Origin: Eledone cirrhosa
Lineage: Eukaryota
Reading direction: 5' to 3'
DNA length: 64,000 nt
NCBI GenBank assembly: GCA_964016885.1
Contig: OZ024741.1
Span: 6,820,001-6,884,000 of the forward strand
Positions 1 to 11,072 of this stretch are shown here, in pieces. The notes under the pieces were generated by a model. It did no database searches, was not told the DNA's origin, and saw nothing but the letters and a program-made list of their open reading frames with translations. Each line of letters starts with the position of its first letter. Position 1 is the stretch's first letter. The position numbers and the translations under genes were made by a program.

Positions 1-887
1 GCTGCAGACTGCACATCATGAGATATCTCGCTCCACAAAGTTCGATCACCAACAGCAGAGTTTAAAGAACAAAGATCAAGTCCAGTCTATGTATTGACAT
101 TGTCAAGCCATAGTTTTGGCTGCCGGCCTCTGCTTCTCTTACCAGCCAACCTTCCTTCCAGACATAATTTACTCACACCACGAGTTGATCTTTTTATATG
201 ACCGTATAGTTATAGTTCTGTTGACTTGACAATTGATGTAATTGGACTAAGTTTGGTAATGTTGAGCAGCTCACTGATACAGATACGGTCACTGAGCTGC
301 TTGCCAGTCATAAGTCTTGTGATATGGTTCTGGAATATAGAGAGCTTCTGAAGTGACCTTGTCGTCCAATTAACACAGTCAAGACCATATAACACAACTG
401 GTAGGATGTAAATATCGAAGATCTTAGCCTTCAAATGATAGGGAACTTGTTTTGATGTTAGTACTTCCTTGTTCTTGTTGAAAGTAACCCAACCTTGAGT
501 GATGCGATATTGCGTAGCAGCCACCATTCCATTGTTGTTTGATGATAGTTTGTGACTGAGATATACAAACTCTGTAACTTGAGCAATTTGCTGGTTGTAG
601 ATTGTGAGTTGGAGATTAACATTGTTTTTATCAGTTGTTATAAACTCCGTTTTGGAGATGTTAATGTGTAAGCCAGCCTCCAGCAAATGTTTGGTCAGTA
701 CATTCAGAAAGTCTTGCAGGTCAGTTCTAGAGTAACTCATAATGACCAGATCGTCTGCATAGCTAAGATTTGATAGGATTTTACCTCCTATTTGATTGTC
801 AGAGGAGCATTCTTCTTCAGTTTGGTAGATAAGTGCAGCTATAACTATACAGGAAAGAAGTGCTGATAGTATACCCCCCTGCTTAAC
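1..887 (-). mobile_element. Degenerate 5'-truncated non-LTR retrotransposon (LINE, RTE-clade-like) reverse transcriptase C-terminal fragment
   Basis: ORF 210..989(-) contains the RT motifs KQGGILS and LSYADDLV, then FVYLS and ILPVVLYGLDC. Past the stop at 210-212 the same frame reads LYGHIKRSTRGVSKLCLEGRLAGKRSRGRQPKLWLDNV, the GHxxR...GxRxRGRP..W.D tail typical of RTE-type LINEs. In-frame stops indicate a dead copy. The CVCV/IYIY N-terminus is translated microsatellite. Confidence 0.88.
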
Positions 888-1035
<148 letters not shown>

Positions 1036-1177
1036 ATACTTTGGGAGGGTCATGTTGTCAATAAGAAACACACGCACCAGTTTATTTCACTCTTATGTGA
1101 ATTATTATAAATTAAATTTTTTTTATAAATTTCCGGTTGGTTGGTTGGTTCCACAACCGGACGGTTGTTCATATATT

Positions 1178-1220
1178 GTCAAAGTTCTTTCGTCACACAT
1201 TCTGTGACCTCTTCAGTGAC
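1178..1220 (-). ncRNA. Minimal hammerhead-ribozyme-like motif (type I, non-canonical)
   Basis: Minus strand reads gtca-CTGAAGA-g-gtcaca(gaatg)tgtgac-GAAA-g-aa-c-T-T-tgac. Helix I is gtca/tgac, helix II is 6 bp, helix III is 2 bp (AG/CT). There is one extra G after the core. Confidence 0.55.
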
Positions 1221-1285
1221 TGGTCTTGACAAGAGGGCGTAGGACAGAAGAAAAGAGAGGCACAAAACAAAGAAAAGAATCCCAA

Positions 1286-1328
1286 GTCAATGAGGAGGTC
1301 AGAGAATGTGTGACGAAAGAACTTTGAC
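1286..1328 (+). ncRNA. Decayed copy of the hammerhead-like motif (core C3->A; likely inactive)
   Basis: gtca-ATGAGGA-g-gtcagagaatgtgtgac-GAAA-gaactt-tgac; the inverted partner of 1178-1220. Confidence 0.4.
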
Positions 1329-1557
1329 AATATATGAACAACCGTCCGGTTGTGGAACCAACCAACCAACCGGAAATTTATAAAATTTTTAAAATTTATA
1401 ATTTAATTTATAATAAATTGAAGTGAAAGCAACTGGGGCATGTGTTTCTTATTGGCAACATGACCCTACCAAAGCATAACAATATCGGTTTCAACACACG
1501 TTTTCAGATAAAGAATCTTGCTAAACAATATCAGAAACGAAATATATAAATATATTG

Positions 1558-1565
<8 letters not shown>

Positions 1566-1592
<27 letters not shown>
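1566..1592. repeat. (TA)n microsatellite at the left boundary of the 310-bp array
   Basis: Direct run. Confidence 0.95.
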
Positions 1593-2709
1593 TGAAATAA
1601 ATGCTCTGAAATAGCGATATATATGTGAATATAGACATAGAATATTCGAAAATATTCTGTATGTTTATAATAAACATTTTGAAGACCTAATCGCTATAGA
1701 ATAGAATACGTCACGTATTACAATTAGATTCTCGATAAAAGCAAGGGAAGTAATCTACGCGTTTCATTCTCGTTAGAAATCATCAGGACTACATATCCAG
1801 TGCTTTTATCGAGAATGACACAGCTAGAGACTTATAGAATACTTAGCTGTGTACAGGAACTGGTTTGAAAGAGCGGTTGCCGGTCCGGCAGAAATTAGAA
1901 ATTGAAATAAATGCTCTGAAATAGCGATATATATGTGAATATAGACATAGAATATTCGAAAATATTCTGTATGTTTATAATAAACATTTTGAAGACCTAA
2001 TCGCTATAGAATAGAATACGTCACGTATTACAATTAGATTCTCGATAAAAGCAAGGGAAGTAATCTACGCGTTTCATTCTCGTTAGAAATCATCAGGACT
2101 ACATATCCAGTGCTTTTATCGAGAATGACACAGCTAGAGACTTATAGAATACTTAGCTGTGTACAGGAACTGGTTTGAAAGAGCGGTTGCCGGTCCGGCA
2201 GAAATTAGAAATTGAAATAAATGCTCTGAAATAGCGATATATATGTGAATATAGACATAGAATATTCGAAAATATTCTGTATGTTTATAATAAACATTTT
2301 GAAGACCTAATCGCTATAGAATAGAATACGTCACGTATTACAATTAGATTCTCGATAAAAGCAAGGGAAGTAATCTACGCGTTTCATTCTCGTTAGAAAT
2401 CATCAGGACTACATATCCAGTGCTTTTATCGAGAATGACACAGCTAGAGACTTATAGAATACTTAGCTGTGTACAGGAACTGGTTTGAAAGAGCGGTTGC
2501 CGGTCCGGCAGAAATTAGAAATTGAAATAAATGCTCTGAAATAGCGATATATATGTGAATATAGACATAGAATATTCGAAAATATTCTGTATGTTTATAA
2601 TAAACATTTTGAAGACCTAATCGCTATAGAATAGAATACGTCACGTATTACAATTAGATTCTCGATAAAAGCAAGGGAAGTAATCTACGCGTTTCATTCT
2701 CGTTAGAAA
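1591..2709 (-). mobile_element. Retrozyme-like 310-bp tandem array, left block (~3.6 monomers, ribozyme on - strand)
   Basis: attgaaataa recurs at 1591, 1901, 2211 and 2521 (period 310). Complete hammerheads on - at 1728-1816, 2038-2126 and 2348-2436; a fourth is truncated at the inversion (2658-2709). Confidence 0.9.
1728..1816 (-). ncRNA. Type I hammerhead ribozyme, minus-strand copy (also 2038-2126, 2348-2436)
   Basis: Exact reverse complement of 2842-2930. Confidence 0.88.
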
Positions 2710-5210
2710 ATGTCTATATTCACATATATATCGCTATTTCAGAGCATTTATTTCAATTTCTAATTTCTGCCGGACCGGCAACCGCTCTTTCAAACCAGTT
2801 CCTGTACACAGCTAAGTATTCTATAAGTCTCTAGCTGTGTCATTCTCGATAAAAGCACTGGATATGTAGTCCTGATGATTTCTAACGAGAATGAAACGCG
2901 TAGATTACTTCCCTTGCTTTTATCGAGAATCTAATTGTAATACGTGACGTATTCTATTCTATAGCGATTAGGTCTTCAAAATGTTTATTATAAACATACA
3001 GAATATTTTCGAATATTCTATGTCTATATTCACATATATATCGCTATTTCAGAGCATTTATTTCAATTTCTAATTTCTGCCGGACCGGCAACCGCTCTTT
3101 CAAACCAGTTCCTGTACACAGCTAAGTATTCTATAAGTCTCTAGCTGTGTCATTCTCGATAAAAGCACTGGATATGTAGTCCTGATGATTTCTAACGAGA
3201 ATGAAACGCGTAGATTACTTCCCTTGCTTTTATCGAGAATCTAATTGTAATACGTGACGTATTCTATTCTATAGCGATTAGGTCTTCAAAATGTTTATTA
3301 TAAACATACAGAATATTTTCGAATATTCTATGTCTATATTCACATATATATCGCTATTTCAGAGCATTTATTTCAATTTCTAATTTCTGCCGGACCGGCA
3401 ACCGCTCTTTCAAACCAGTTCCTGTACACAGCTAAGTATTCTATAAGTCTCTAGCTGTGTCATTCTCGATAAAAGCACTGGATATGTAGTCCTGATGATT
3501 TCTAACGAGAATGAAACGCGTAGATTACTTCCCTTGCTTTTATCGAGAATCTAATTGTAATACGTGACGTATTCTATTCTATAGCGATTAGGTCTTCAAA
3601 ATGTTTATTATAAACATACAGAATATTTTCGAATATTCTATGTCTATATTCACATATATATCGCTATTTCAGAGCATTTATTTCAATTTCTAATTTCTGC
3701 CGGACCGGCAACCGCTCTTTCAAACCAGTTCCTGTACACAGCTAAGTATTCTATAAGTCTCTAGCTGTGTCATTCTCGATAAAAGCACTGGATATGTAGT
3801 CCTGATGATTTCTAACGAGAATGAAACGCGTAGATTACTTCCCTTGCTTTTATCGAGAATCTAATTGTAATACGTGACGTATTCTATTCTATAGCGATTA
3901 GGTCTTCAAAATGTTTATTATAAACATACAGAATATTTTCGAATATTCTATGTCTATATTCACATATATATCGCTATTTCAGAGCATTTATTTCAATTTC
4001 TAATTTCTGCCGGACCGGCAACCGCTCTTTCAAACCAGTTCCTGTACACAGCTAAGTATTCTATAAGTCTCTAGCTGTGTCATTCTCGATAAAAGCACTG
4101 GATATGTAGTCCTGATGATTTCTAACGAGAATGAAACGCGTAGATTACTTCCCTTGCTTTTATCGAGAATCTAATTGTAATACGTGACGTATTCTATTCT
4201 ATAGCGATTAGGTCTTCAAAATGTTTATTATAAACATACAGAATATTTTCGAATATTCTATGTCTATATTCACATATATATCGCTATTTCAGAGCATTTA
4301 TTTCAATTTCTAATTTCTGCCGGACCGGCAACCGCTCTTTCAAACCAGTTCCTGTACACAGCTAAGTATTCTATAAGTCTCTAGCTGTGTCATTCTCGAT
4401 AAAAGCACTGGATATGTAGTCCTGATGATTTCTAACGAGAATGAAACGCGTAGATTACCTCCCTTGCTTTTATCGAGAATCTAATTGTAATACGTGACGT
4501 ATTCTATTCTATAGCGATTAGGTCTTCAAAATGTTTATTATAAACATACAGAATATTTTCGAATATTCTATGTCTATATTCACATATATATCGCTATTTC
4601 AGAGCATTTATTTCAATTTCTAATTTCTGCCGGACCGGCAACCGCTCTTTCAAACCAGTTCCTGTACACAGCTAAGTATTCTATAAGTCTCTAGCTGTGT
4701 CATTCTCGATAAAAGCACTGGATATGTAGTCCTGATGATTTCTAACGAGAATGAAACGCGTAGATTACTTCCCTTGCTTTTATCGAGAATCTAATTGTAA
4801 TACGTGACGTATTCTATTCTATAGCGATTAGGTCTTCAAAATGTTTATTATAAACATACAGAATATTTTCGAATATTCTATGTCTATATTCACATATATA
4901 TCGCTATTTCAGAGCATTTATTTCAATTTCTAATTTCTGCCGGACCGGCAACCGCTCTTTCAAACCAGTTCCTGTACACAGCTAAGTATTCTATAAGTCT
5001 CTAGCTGTGTCATTCTCGATAAAAGCACTGGATATGTAGTCCTGATGATTTCTAACGAGAATGAAACGCGTAGATTACTTCCCTTGCTTTTATCGAGAAT
5101 CTAATTGTAATACGTGACGTATTCTATTCTATAGCGATTAGGTCTTCAAAATGTTTATTATAAACATACAGAATATTTTCGAATATTCTATGTCTATATT
5201 CACATATATA
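2710..5210 (+). mobile_element. Retrozyme-like 310-bp tandem array, right block (8 monomers + ~20 nt, ribozyme on + strand)
   Basis: tgtctatatt recurs at 2711, 3021, 3331, 3641, 3951, 4261, 4571, 4881 and 5191. It is the reverse complement of the left-block monomer. Only one substitution was noticed by eye (T->C at 4459). It ends in (TA)n. Confidence 0.92.
2842..2930 (+). ncRNA. Type I hammerhead ribozyme (representative; further copies start at 3152, 3462, 3772, 4082, 4392, 4702, 5012)
   Basis: Distal stem attctcgataaaagca(2842-2857)/tgcttttatcgagaat(2915-2930) is 16 bp and perfect. Helix I is gtagtc(2866-2871)/gattac(2903-2908). Core CTGATGA is at 2872-2878. Helix II is ttct-aacg-agaa closed by U.U. 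GAAA is at 2893-2896. Helix III is palindromic ACGCGT. The GUA triplet gives predicted cleavage at 2902/2903. Confidence 0.9.
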
Positions 5211-5225
5211 TATATATATATATAT
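5205..5225. repeat. (TA)n microsatellite separating the retrozyme array and the Penelope-like element
   Basis: Direct run. Confidence 0.95.
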
Positions 5226-5358
5226 GCAAAAGTTCTATTTAAAATTGTTGGGATACAACAAGTAAATATTTTATAACTGATATAAAACACTCGACAAGTT
5301 TTTGGAGTAGATATACGATATTAAATAAATGGAAACTATATTTATAAAACCATATTTA

Positions 5359-5419
5359 TTTCATTATACATATTTCAGGGATACCAAATTAAAATATGGT
5401 ATGCCTTCATCAGACAAAA
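5359..5419 (-). ncRNA. Inverted copy of the PLE hammerhead ribozyme
   Basis: Reverse complement of 9056-9116. Helix I extends to 8 bp here (tattttgt/atgaaata). Confidence 0.72.
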
Positions 5420-6874
5420 TACAATATATAAACAGTTTTATAAATAATTTTGACGTACCCTATTAAATGCAACCATTATTTTTGGAAGCTGTCTGGATAG
5501 TGAGATGTTTATAATTATTTTATTAGTTATAGTGTTAAGCACAGTTAGAAAAAGACGGAGAGAAAGAAAAAACGGAGAGAGAGAAGGAGAGAGAAAAAGA
5601 AGGAGAGAGAGAAAAAGAAAACCTGGAGAAATATCGGAGAGAGAGAGAAATGTATGTAGAAAAGAAAGATATAAATAGATAGGAGGAAAAAAAAAAAAAA
5701 AAAAGGAAGAAATAAGAAAATCAAAAGAAAGCAACAGAGATAATAATTCATCATACAGATAGAAAAACTCAAGAGAGAGGAAATACTATATAGAGAGAGG
5801 GGGATATAGTGACAACTTTACGTCATGTCATATTAAGTTGAGTTAACAATTTATATGAAATGAATAATAAAAATATAAATATCAATATTCATGAATGGGA
5901 CATAGATATATAATATGAGAAAATAACATTGTTCAATAATGACCATATGTTTAGTTTAAAAACTTGAGGTCAATATACCGAAATCTGAGTTAAAACCTTC
6001 AAAAAATACCCTATTTATAAAAATCAGGATACAAATATGTATATATATATACACACATATGTACGTCCTGAAAAAAGAAATTATGTCTACTCAAGTCAAT
6101 AATATAGACACACAAATGATTTCACTTGATCACTTCTATACATTTCTTGTGTTATAAAAATTTCACAGTATACATACATAAAAATACGATTAATATTCAT
6201 GTCCTCATATATATGATTACCGTTCATGTATTTAATATTATGCATATCTGCAACATACATCAACAAATACACACACGCATACATACACATACATATGTAT
6301 AAATAAATATCTGCGTGAGTCTTCCAGCATCGTTCATGTATATATACAGACATATATACAAACACATAAATAGACCCTATAACACTTTTATATGCATGTT
6401 AATACACATATGGCATTTGTATAGAGATAATCAAATATCAATATATTAATATAGAAATATCAAAGCATTAAATATCTTTAAAACACTATAGAGTATCTCA
6501 AGTTAAAATAAAATAATATGTTTTATATATTTATTATAGAAATTTATCCTACCTATATCTCAAACAAGATATTGCAAGGGTAGACATATGAAAGTTATTA
6601 GAAGCTATCCGAGTCAAAACAAATAAAAAAATAAAAAAATAAAAATAATTTAAAAGATTTAGAAGACCCAGTGATTCTACGGATACCCTTATATTTAGTA
6701 TAGAAATTTATCTTACGTATATTTTATTTAATACATTGGGAGCATATACATTTTAGAGTAGTTTATTATATCCTTGTTTATATTTAGGAAGAAAGTTTAA
6801 AATGAAAAAGGTGAAGGAATCTAATGATTTATCGACAGGTTTCATATATTAACTAAATTTCTTAATTAATTATA

Positions 6875-7041
6875 CTACATTTTAAATTTATATTTATATT
6901 TAAACGTTGAGTTCAATCTATGTCTGCAGCAACTGAATAAATTGCTCCTTAAATTAAGGGAATTTTTGAACTTTAATATAAAGAATATTTCTTCTATACA
7001 AAGATCACAATTTTCTGAAGAGGAATTAAAAGGAGTACCTT
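6875..7041 (-). pseudogene. Inverted duplicate of the last ~55 codons of the PLE endonuclease ORF
   Basis: Reverse complement of 7440-7606. Confidence 0.8.
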
Positions 7042-7060
7042 ATAGTGTGTCTATTAAAAA

Positions 7061-7606
7061 TTGAGTAAAATAAAATTAACTTACTCGTCCACCAAAAATT
7101 TAGCACAAAATATTAACAGAATTAATAATAGGAATTTAAAACCTAACCAAAATACCAATAATATTCAATTAAATAACTGTAATTGTAGAAATAAATCTAA
7201 CTGTCCGTTAAATAACAACTGCTTAGCTAAAAATGTAGTGTACAATTGTAATGTTAAAACTAATTTAAATTCTTTCAACTATGTTGGTTCCACCTCAACA
7301 GAATTTAAACTTCGCTTCAATAATCATAAGAATTCTTTCACAGATACAAACAAAAAATCTTCAACTTCGCTATCTAGCCTACTCTGGCACCTTAAACGAA
7401 ATAATATTAAATATTCGATGATTTGGAATATTGTCTCAAAAGGTACTCCTTTTAATTCCTCTTCAGAAAATTGTGATCTTTGTATAGAAGAAATATTCTT
7501 TATATTAAAGTTCAAAAATTCCCTTAATTTAAGGAGCAATTTATTCAGTTGCTGCAGACATAGATTGAACTCAACGTTTAAATATAAATATAAATTTAAA
7601 ATGTAG
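7061..7606 (+). CDS. C-terminal fragment of PLE ORF: Cys-rich linker plus GIY-YIG endonuclease (RT lost by 5' truncation)
   Basis: KIKLTYSS..N, then CNCRNKSNCPLNNNC (CxCx5Cx5C), NVVY...YVGST..FKLRFNNHKNSF (GIY-YIG with catalytic Arg), and CDLCIEE...LNLRSNLFSCCRH. The TTG start is only nominal. Confidence 0.85.
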   Translation: MSKIKLTYSSTKNLAQNINRINNRNLKPNQNTNNIQLNNCNCRNKSNCPLNNNCLAKNVVYNCNVKTNLNSFNYVGSTSTEFKLRFNNHKNSFTDTNKKSSTSLSSLLWHLKRNNIKYSMIWNIVSKGTPFNSSSENCDLCIEEIFFILKFKNSLNLRSNLFSCCRHRLNSTFKYKYKFKM

Positions 7607-9055
7607 TATAATTAATTAAGAAATTTAGTTAATATATGAAACCTGTCGATAAATCATTAGATTCCTTCACCTTTTTCATTTTAAACTTTCTTCCTAAATA
7701 TAAACAAGGATATAATAAACTACTCTAAAATGTATATGCTCCCAATGTATTAAATAAAATATACGTAAGATAAATTTCTATACTAAATATAAGGGTATCC
7801 GTAGAATCACTGGGTCTTCTAAATCTTTTAAATTATTTTTATTTTTTTATTTTTTTATTTGTTTTGACTCGGATAGCTTCTAATAACTTTCATATGTCTA
7901 CCCTTGCAATATCTTGTTTGAGATATAGGTAGGATAAATTTCTATAATAAATATATAAAACATATTATTTTATTTTAACTTGAGATACTCTATAGTGTTT
8001 TAAAGATATTTAATGCTTTGATATTTCTATATTAATATATTGATATTTGATTATCTCTATACAAATGCCATATGTGTATTAACATGCATATAAAAGTGTT
8101 ATAGGGTCTATTTATGTGTTTGTATATATGTCTGTATATATACATGAACGATGCTGGAAGACTCACGCAGATATTTATTTATACATATGTATGTGTATGT
8201 ATGCGTGTGTGTATTTGTTGATGTATGTTGCAGATATGCATAATATTAAATACATGAACGGTAATCATATATATGAGGACATGAATATTAATCGTATTTT
8301 TATGTATGTATACTGTGAAATTTTTATAACACAAGAAATGTATAGAAGTGATCAAGTGAAATCATTTGTGTGTCTATATTATTGACTTGAGTAGACATAA
8401 TGTCTTTTTTCAGGACGTACATATGTGTGTATATATATATACATATTTGTATCCTGATTTTTATAAATAGGGTATTTTTTGAAGGTTTTAACTCAGATTT
8501 CGGTATATTGACCTCAAGTTTTTAAACTAAACATATGGTCATTATTGAACAATGTTATTTTCTCATATTATATATCTATGTCCCATTCATGACTATTGAT
8601 ATTTATATTTTTATTATTCATTTCATATAAATTGTTAACTCAACTTAATATGACATGACGTAAAGTTGTCACTATATCCCCCTCTCTCTATATAGTATTT
8701 CCTCTCTCTTGAGTTTTTCTATCTGTATGATGAATTATTATCTCTGTTGCTTTCTTTTGATTTTCTTATTTCTTCCTTTTTTTTTTTTTTTTTTCCTCCT
8801 ATCTATTTATATCTTTCTTTTCTACATACATTTCTCTCTCCGATATTTCTCCAGGTTTTCTTTTTCTCTCTCCTTCTTTTTCTCTCTCCTTCTCTCTCTC
8901 CGTTTTTTCTTTCTCTCCGTCTTTTACTAACTGTGCTTAACACTATAACTAATAAAATAATTATAAACATCTCACTATCCAGACAGCTTCCAAAAATAAT
9001 GGTTGCATTTAATAGGGTACGTCAAAATTATTTATAAAACTGTTTATATATTGTA

Positions 9056-9116
9056 TTTTGTCTGATGAAGGCATACCATATTTTAATTTGGTATCCCTGA
9101 AATATGTATAATGAAA
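9056..9116 (+). ncRNA. Minimal type I hammerhead ribozyme in the PLE pseudo-LTR
   Basis: ttttgt-CTGATGA(9062-9068)-agg c atacca(tattttaatt)tggtat c cct-GAAA(9099-9102)-ta tg ta-T-A(9110)-atgaaa. Helix III is near-palindromic ATATGTAT. Helix I contains two G.U pairs. Confidence 0.72.
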
Positions 9117-9158
9117 AAAATATGGTTTTATAAATATAGATTCCATTTATTTAATATC

Positions 9159-9425
<267 letters not shown>

Positions 9426-9542
9426 AGGCGTGTAGCTGAGTGGTTAGAGAATTGGATTCACAATGTTAAGGTTGTGAGTTCGATTCCTGGACCGGGCGAT
9501 GCGTTATGTCCTTGGGCAAGACACTTTATTTCACGTTGCTCC
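9426..9542 (+). mobile_element. tRNA-derived SINE with CORE-like domain (3'-truncated)
   Basis: A box TAGCTGAGTGG at 9433-9443 and B box GTTCGATTC at 9478-9486, followed by tgtccttgggcaagacactttatttcacgttgctcc, which resembles the CORE-SINE consensus (tgtgaccttgggcaagtcactt). Confidence 0.8.
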
Positions 9543-9830
9543 TTCTACCTGGAGTTGCGACCGATAGATAGTACTAGCAACTGGAAAGACCAGCGGAAAC
9601 ATTGTTTCCTCGGTCCGATTTGATGAAAGTCGATCGAGAAAAATATATATATATATATACAGACACTAAGTTTCAATGAAGGGAGGTAACTACTATAAAA
9701 GACTGTACGAGTAGTTTCCCATAAAAAGCGTGTGAAAATAAAATGTCAAAGTTGATGGTGACGGCCATCCGTAAAAGTCAGCTGTCACCATCTTGAATGC
9801 TTTCTTCAGCACATCTCTGATGTCATTCTT

Positions 9831-10545
9831 CACACACACACACATGGACACAACACATACATACACGCACACACATGGACACAACACATACATACACACA
9901 CACGCACACATGGACACAACACATACATACACACACACGCACACATGGACACAGCACATACATACACACACACACACACACACATATACATGGACACAAC
10001 ACATACACACACACACACATGGACACAACACATACATACACACACACATGGACACAACACACACATGGACACAACACATACATACACACACACATGGACA
10101 CAACACACACACACACACACATGGACACAACACATACATACACACAGACACACATGGACACAACACATACATACACACACACATATGGACACAACACACA
10201 GACACACACACACACACACGGACACAACACATACTCATACACACACAACACATACTCATACACACAGAACACATACTCATACACACACAACACATACTCA
10301 TACATACACACACCCACATAATCATACACACACAACACATACTCATACACACACAACACATACTCATACACACACACACCCACATACTCATACACACACA
10401 ACACATACTCATACACACACACACCCACATACTCATACACACACAACACATACTCATACACACACACACAACACATACTCATACACACACAACACATACT
10501 CATACACACACACACACACACACACACTCATATACACACACAACA
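9831..10545. repeat. CA-rich compound minisatellite with two sub-arrays: (catggacacaacacata...)n ~9841-10225 and (acacaacacatactcatacac...)n ~10225-10540
   Basis: Recurrent catggacacaac and catactcatac anchors separated by variable (CA)n. Confidence 0.92.
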
Positions 10546-10564
10546 TTACAATGTTGATGAAACT

Positions 10565-10800
10565 CGTGTGGCCTAATGGTTAGGATGTTTGGTTAGGATG
10601 GCAATGTCTTCAGTTCGATTCCAGGACAGTCTGCTGCGTTGTGTTCTTGAACAAGACAGTTTATTTCATGTTGTTCCAGTACACCCAGCAGCAACTGGGA
10701 AGTTAATCCTGCCGTAGACTGAGGCCATATCCAGGGACAGTCTTGTAACTCTCAGTCGTTTAACGCCAACGAGACCAGGGATAAGAAATAGCCTAATGAA
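10565..10800 (+). mobile_element. Second, more diverged tRNA-derived CORE-like SINE
   Basis: A box TGGCCTAATGG at 10569-10579 and B box GTTCGATTC at 10613-10621. gcgttgtgttcttgaacaagacagtttatttcatgttgttcc aligns with 9501-9542. The 3' end is approximate. Confidence 0.72.
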
Positions 10801-11072
10801 CTTTTAGAAGAGACGGAATGATAGAATTGGCAGAACGCTTGGTAAATTATCTGGTGACATTTTATGTCTCTTTATGGAACTTCCCAGGGCCATCTTGTGG
10901 TAGTGGGGGTGGTGGGTGAAGGATTGAAATGACAGAAAGGGGGGGGGCGCGAAATAACTGAATATCTAGGAATGGGTTAATGCAGCCCTCTCTCCCCGCT
11001 GAAACATTCATCGTCGTAGCCGATCGAGGCCCTCTTCATACTTATAATCACTGAGTTAGGACAGAATTGAAC

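Noticed and set aside
5438-6365. ORFs 5438-5734, 5545-5772, 6096-6365 and mirror copies 8116-8385, 8709-8930, 8747-9037
   Set aside because: Low-complexity F/L/S- or Y/M/C-rich translations of the PLE non-coding arm. They are duplicated only because of the inverted repeat, and the copies differ by indels.
7324-7539. 71-aa minus-strand ORF
   Set aside because: Antisense shadow of the GIY-YIG ORF with no motif.
9426-9500. Possible genuine tRNA gene (CAC in an anticodon-like position, Val)
   Set aside because: No proper acceptor or anticodon stem, and it continues directly into a CORE-like SINE body. A related diverged copy lies at 10565.
9751-9796. SECIS-like hairpin
   Set aside because: Lacks the tandem G.A quartet on the 3' side and correctly placed apical AA; no selenoprotein ORF upstream.
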